64,000 nucleotides of DNA, from assembly GCA_963804995.1 (NCBI GenBank), contig CAWDSK010000002.1:416001-480000 (forward strand), given 5' to 3'. Positions within the stretch are counted from its first letter, which is position 1. Every line of letters begins with the position of its first letter. This document shows, piece after piece, positions 59,676-64,000 of the stretch. A model generated the notes under the pieces. The model did not search any database, was not told the DNA's origin, and saw nothing but the letters and a program-made list of their open reading frames with translations. Source of the DNA: an uncultured Acidobacteriota bacterium. Its GTDB lineage: Bacteria > Acidobacteriota > Terriglobia > UBA7540. The position numbers were made by a program, and so were the translations under genes.

Positions 59676-61968
59676 TCATGCCCCGGAGACGAATTTCAAA
59701 GCTTTGTTGGCGTACGCCTGGAGTTGAACGTCATCCACTTGCTCAGAGTCACTTCCGCTCTGGCTCGGGTCGTGGTGATACTTCTTCGAGTAATCATTGA
59801 TGGCCTCGAGCTCGCTTAGCTTCGGCTGGAGCGAGTATAAGATATCGTTCGCAGGAGCGCCCCTTATTTTGCCTATGAACTCACCAAGCCATTCGGTTCT
59901 AGTGAAGTGTTTTGGGAATCTCAATCTTAGGTTTCTTTCAACCAGCGGTCGGATGCACCGTGCAATATGTCGCAGGTCTCCCGTTACTCCCTTTTCCAAG
60001 TACTCGTCTAGGGTGAAATAGTCTTGGAGATAGGCATCCCGGGTCGCCTTTTCTATGTCCCATGCGTCTAGGGCACTATCCTGACCGGTTCTTACGATCT
60101 GAAGATTCTTGACCGTCGATTTAGTCTCTTCACTCCAAATGGACAATAGAAAATAAGGATCGTGCGAGAGCACCACAGCTTGCTTGACCTTTTGGGTTAG
60201 GCCGCGAATTACCTGTTGGGTACATGCGCGGCGGTTTGAGTCCAGGCTCGAAACTGGATCGTCAAAAATAATTATCCTGTCCGAGAGATTGGGATCGCCT
60301 TCCAGCCTCGCAATGAAGAAGGCCAACGCGAGCGTGCTTTTGTCACCCGCACTTAACGTGTTCTTGAAGCAAGGACCACTCACTGCTGACTTTGAATCGC
60401 CCAAGTTTACGGGGGTATCGTTTATAAAAAGTTGATAGTCAATCGCCGGTTTGCCTCCCGTAAGTTTCGTGGCCGAATTACCAATCTTGAAGGTCGCCCC
60501 AAAATTCGCCAGGTGGGTGTCGATACTGGTTTCGTACCTCCCGAGAACCTGTTCTGAGTAGCGCTTGAGATCCTTGTTGGCTTTCTGTTTCTCGTTGCTA
60601 AGAGTTTCCTTCTCCTCAAGCAACTTATTGTACTCGTCGCAGAGTTTCTTCACCTTCGCGTCGGTGTGACGCTTCCTCGCATTCTTCAGGTCCTCCAGAT
60701 CTTTGTCCACGAGACGTTGATCGGCACCTGTTGTCCTTTTTTTCTTTTCGTCGATTAAACCATTTGCGGCTTCGACTTTGTTGTTATAAATCGAGGCGCT
60801 ACGGGAGAAGCCGTCGAAGGCTGTAATGGCCTGCTTCAAGTCGTCACCTATTTCGATTGTTTCCAGTGGCGACGCTTCCTTGCGCCTGAGATGTTGTTCG
60901 AGTCGGCTGTGAAGCTCCGCCCAGGCGCTTTGGAGCTTGTCGAATTCGATGATCGGGTAGTCTGCCTTGACGTGCCCCTTCCAGAATTCGATGTTCGAGT
61001 TGTTCGCATCAATTGTGCGCTGCAACTTCAGAATTGCTTGCTGAGAGAATTCCGCCCCAACTTCCGAGATCATTTGGCGGATCTCAGCCTTTAACCCCGC
61101 ATATGCCTTGCTGAAAAATGCTCGATACGCTCTGATGAGTTCTAGTCCGGTAAGTGGCTGACCGCAGAACGGGCAGCGATCTGCCTTTATGTACTCGAGT
61201 CCACTGTTTATCCACGTCTCGCCCTGCTCGTTCATGCAGCTCGCCACGTGTTGTCTTATCAACTTCTCCGCAGTCTCAGCAACGTCGGCGATTGTCTTGC
61301 CTAAAAGCGACTGGACGCCGGCCAAGGCGAGTTGGGGGAGCGAAAGCTTTGTCAATGCGGGTTTATTGGCAATAACTGTCGCCTGTTTGATAGCTTCGAT
61401 TTCGGCTTCCTTTTCTGCAATCTGTCTATCCACATCAGTAATAAATGGCAAGTTGACAAATTGTTCAACGCCCAAACCACCCAAAATGTTCTGTTGAATC
61501 TCTTTTCCCTTGGACTTAATCTCCTCACTCTTGTCCCTGCTTTTGCTGTCGAGGTCATCGACGGCGTTCGCTAATTGCACTCCCTTCTTGCCCACTATGA
61601 ATCGGTAGAGATTTTTCCTGTGTTCGTGATCCACGTAAACACCAGAGTAAACATTTTCGTTGATGAATGTGGTATCGAAAACCTTCGAGTTCGGGGACTG
61701 GATTGTCCCAATTGCCGTTTTTGAAAGTGTGGCTGGCGCTGTTCACTCGGATACAGGCTTCCGGTTCCTTGGACGATTTGATTGACTTTCTTTCAAGCAG
61801 GCATTGCGCATCTCCGGTGCCGAGTGACCGCAGAATCGCAGAAAGCATTGTCTTCCCGCGCCCGTTCTCGCCGAAGATCAATGTCAATTTCTGAAACTCG
61901 ACGTCACCGTGGCAAGAGTAATCCACGAACCTCCCAACATTTTTAATGAAGAGGATCTTATTAATCAT
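59676..61968 (-). CDS. RloC-like (AAA_13) zinc-hook ABC ATPase with probable C-terminal HEPN-like domain; +1 frameshift near 61682
   Basis: GENGRGKT, VFDTTFINENVY after frame repair, CPFCGQ hook, LSAGDK, IFDDPVSSLD, LSHD, and C-terminal RPLVE...NDYSKKYHH; GGAGG RBS. Confidence 0.8.
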
Positions 61969-61993
61969 GGCTTGCACCTCCAGTCACAACGAG

Positions 61994-62560
61994 CTACGCG
62001 CTAAGAATGGGCTGGTTGGAAACCGAGACGCGGGGCAAGTCAGGATGCCGCCGCAATCCGTTACGCGTTTGGCGTGCCGCCATGGTTTGGGCGCGGGTGG
62101 AGCTTTCAGCACGGCGCGCGCCGAAGTGCAGGATGGCCTCTCCCCAATGGCCAACACGCTGCTTCACCAAGGCGTTTACCGGATCAATCTTCATCCGCTG
62201 TGTGCACCAGCGGAAGGTGCGGTTGGGGGGAGGGTAGCCCCGTCCAATGATGTTGACCCAAAAGGATTCTTCGAGGAGGGGCTTGAACAGGTTGGCGTCG
62301 ATATTCAGGTTGTTCTGCTCGGAGCACTTCCGCATGCGGTCCAGTGTGCCTTCGATCATCTCGGCAATGGCGGGAATCTCCACGCGCGTGTCCGTGCAAA
62401 GGACCGAGATGGGCTTTTTTCGCTGCTCGGCGGGAATGGACAGTACGGCGTCGAAAATCAGCGACGCCAGCATCGTGCTGTCCTTGCCGCCGCTAAATCC
62501 GACCAGCCAGGGCCGCTCGTCTTCCAGGTAGAGTTGGCGGAGGGAAGTCTTGAAAAACAT
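61994..62560 (-). pseudogene. dndC: Truncated DNA phosphorothioation sulfurtransferase DndC (N-terminal ~190 aa)
   Basis: RPWLVGFSGGKDS, DTRVEIP, FWVNIIGRGYPPP, FRWCTQRMKIDP and GARRAESSTR; it stops before the C-terminal Fe-S half. Confidence 0.85.
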
Positions 62561-62745
62561 CGTCACTCCCGTCGCGGGGAGTATACACCCCCCCCTTTTA
62601 TTTTCAAGTAATGGCTTTAAGATAGCATTAACGGCGGCTGGGGGAAAAGGGCTGCGCTTGCCCGGGAGCAATGCTGACTGGGTACGTAGTCGAATTGGGA
62701 ACGAAAACGCCCTTCTATGACAGTGGGGAACTGCATCATCACGTG

Positions 62746-63150
62746 GATCAGTTTGACGGTTTGTCGCCTTATCGCGGACGTGGGCCGAACCGGCAGTGTT
62801 GGGCGCTTTGTTTAAACCCGACATGCGGCGCCGGCGCCGGCCTCGCCGCTGGCGCTCCACGGATTCAGGGTGGGGCTGCCGGTGCTGGCGGGGATAATCG
62901 GGATTTCGGCTGCGCCATTTTTGCTGGCTGTCCCGGCAGCCCTGGTCGTACTCGGCATCGCGTGCTCACCGACTCTACTCGCGCAGGTCCACGACTTTTT
63001 GTCATGTGGGGAAACGTCCCACTTGTTGCTCTCCGCGGGGCATAGCGAGCGAGGTCCCACTTAATTCCCCATCTTCATGCGTTTTCTTCCTATGACTTTT
63101 CACTTGCGGATTCGCCGCCTGATACGTCCGCGTCTCTGCGGTGAGAAGGC
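62746..63150. repeat. Dispersed GTCCCAC-type repeat, longest contiguous copy (~400 bp)
   Basis: Contains the segments seen at 13247, 25111, 52281 and 54469. Confidence 0.9.
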
Positions 63151-63190
63151 ACCCGCGGGTATTCGTCTCAGAGAAGGCGGAGATGTGACC

Positions 63191-64000
63191 TTAGTTCACG
63201 GCGAGTGAGGCCCGCTTGGGGGATTCGTCTTCGAGATGAAAGATGGTGCGGACAACGTCGATGAATTCCGAGCGGTCCGGCCGCAACGCAGCCTGTTTAA
63301 GTTCGGTGAAGGGTGTGTGGAGGATCTTGTTGACGAGCCCATGCGTCAAGGCCTCGAGCGCCCGCTCCTGCTCCGGCGTTAACTCGCCAAAGAGGCGACG
63401 CGTGCGCTTCATTTCAGCCTGACGTATCTCCTCGACACGCTGCCGCAAGGAGACGATGGTGGGCACGACGTTCAACTGCTCCTGGCGCTCGCGGAAGAGA
63501 GTGATTTCTTCGTCTAAAATCTGACCGGCAGCCGCAAAAGCCTTTTGCCGCTCCTGCAGATTGTGGTTCGTCACTTCCTCAAGGCCGTCGATGTTGACCA
63601 GCGTGCAGCCCGGCACTTCCCGGATCGCTGGGTCAATGTCGCGGGGCACGGCAATATCGATCAGAAAGATCGGGCGGCCCTCGCGTTCTTGCATCAGGCG
63701 CACCATGTCGTCACGAGTGATGATGAAGTGCGGGCAGCCGGTGGAACTGAGGACGATGTCGGCGCCGCGCATCGCTTCCCAAATCTGGCTGAAATGAACG
63801 GCCAAGCCGTGCAGCTCTTCTGCCAGGGCTACGGCGTGCGCGTGGGTCCGATTGCTGACCAGAACCGTGGCGGCGCCCTTTGAAACCAGGTGCCGCGCAG
63901 CTAACTCGCCCATCTGCCCGGCCCCGATAATCATCACCGTCTTATCCTGCAGGCTGCCCAAGGTCTGCTCCGCAAGCTCCACGGCCGCAGAGCTGATTGA
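63191..64000 (-). CDS. hemA: Glutamyl-tRNA reductase (5' end outside the window)
   Basis: AAVELA, IGAGQMG, NRT, DIAVPRDI and NKILHTP. Confidence 0.95.
   Translation of the reverse strand, partial: SISSAAVELAEQTLGSLQDKTVMIIGAGQMGELAARHLVSKGAATVLVSNRTHAHAVALAEELHGLAVHFSQIWEAMRGADIVLSSTGCPHFIITRDDMVRLMQEREGRPIFLIDIAVPRDIDPAIREVPGCTLVNIDGLEEVTNHNLQERQKAFAAAGQILDEEITLFRERQEQLNVVPTIVSLRQRVEEIRQAEMKRTRRLFGELTPEQERALEALTHGLVNKILHTPFTELKQAALRPDRSEFIDVVRTIFHLEDESPKRASLAVN

Noticed and set aside
62561..62860. N-terminal extension of DndC
   Set aside because: It derives from the repeat element and intergenic DNA, not from DndC-like sequence.

Overview
A 64-kb, GC-rich bacterial window. Gene content (acidobacterial-type VWA protein, Ig-repeat secreted proteins, TonB receptor, TPR proteins) suggests Acidobacteriota; this is an inference. 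Housekeeping genes lie at both ends (nadC, valS, a RomR-like regulator, bamD and rpe on the left; hemA on the right), with a patchwork of accessory genes between. Main points: (1) A 52.3-63.15 kb island is bracketed by two direct copies of a dispersed repeat. It holds a Fic gene with a 4x24-bp upstream array and an operon-like trio of an RloC-like zinc-hook ATPase, an Mre11/SbcD nuclease and a Rad50/YhaN-like ATPase. The trio sits between remnants of a phosphorothioation locus (truncated dndC and a cysteine desulfurase stub), making it a candidate undescribed defence system. (2) An AhpC/TSA selenoprotein (UPFC motif plus SECIS-like hairpin) is split in two by the ORF track. (3) A TonB receptor-YfiR-hybrid kinase module is split by a 6.6-kb block flanked by 40-bp direct repeats. 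(4) An intact RAYT transposase with flanking REPs is accompanied by many nested palindromic elements and several gene stubs. (5) An ISKra4-like IS has a 9-bp target duplication and a nonsense codon. (6) Seven single-base +1 frameshifts almost all fall at TCGA, which suggests modification-linked long-read errors rather than real pseudogenes. No rRNA, tRNA or CRISPR array was seen. Family assignments come from motifs recognised by eye, not from database searches.
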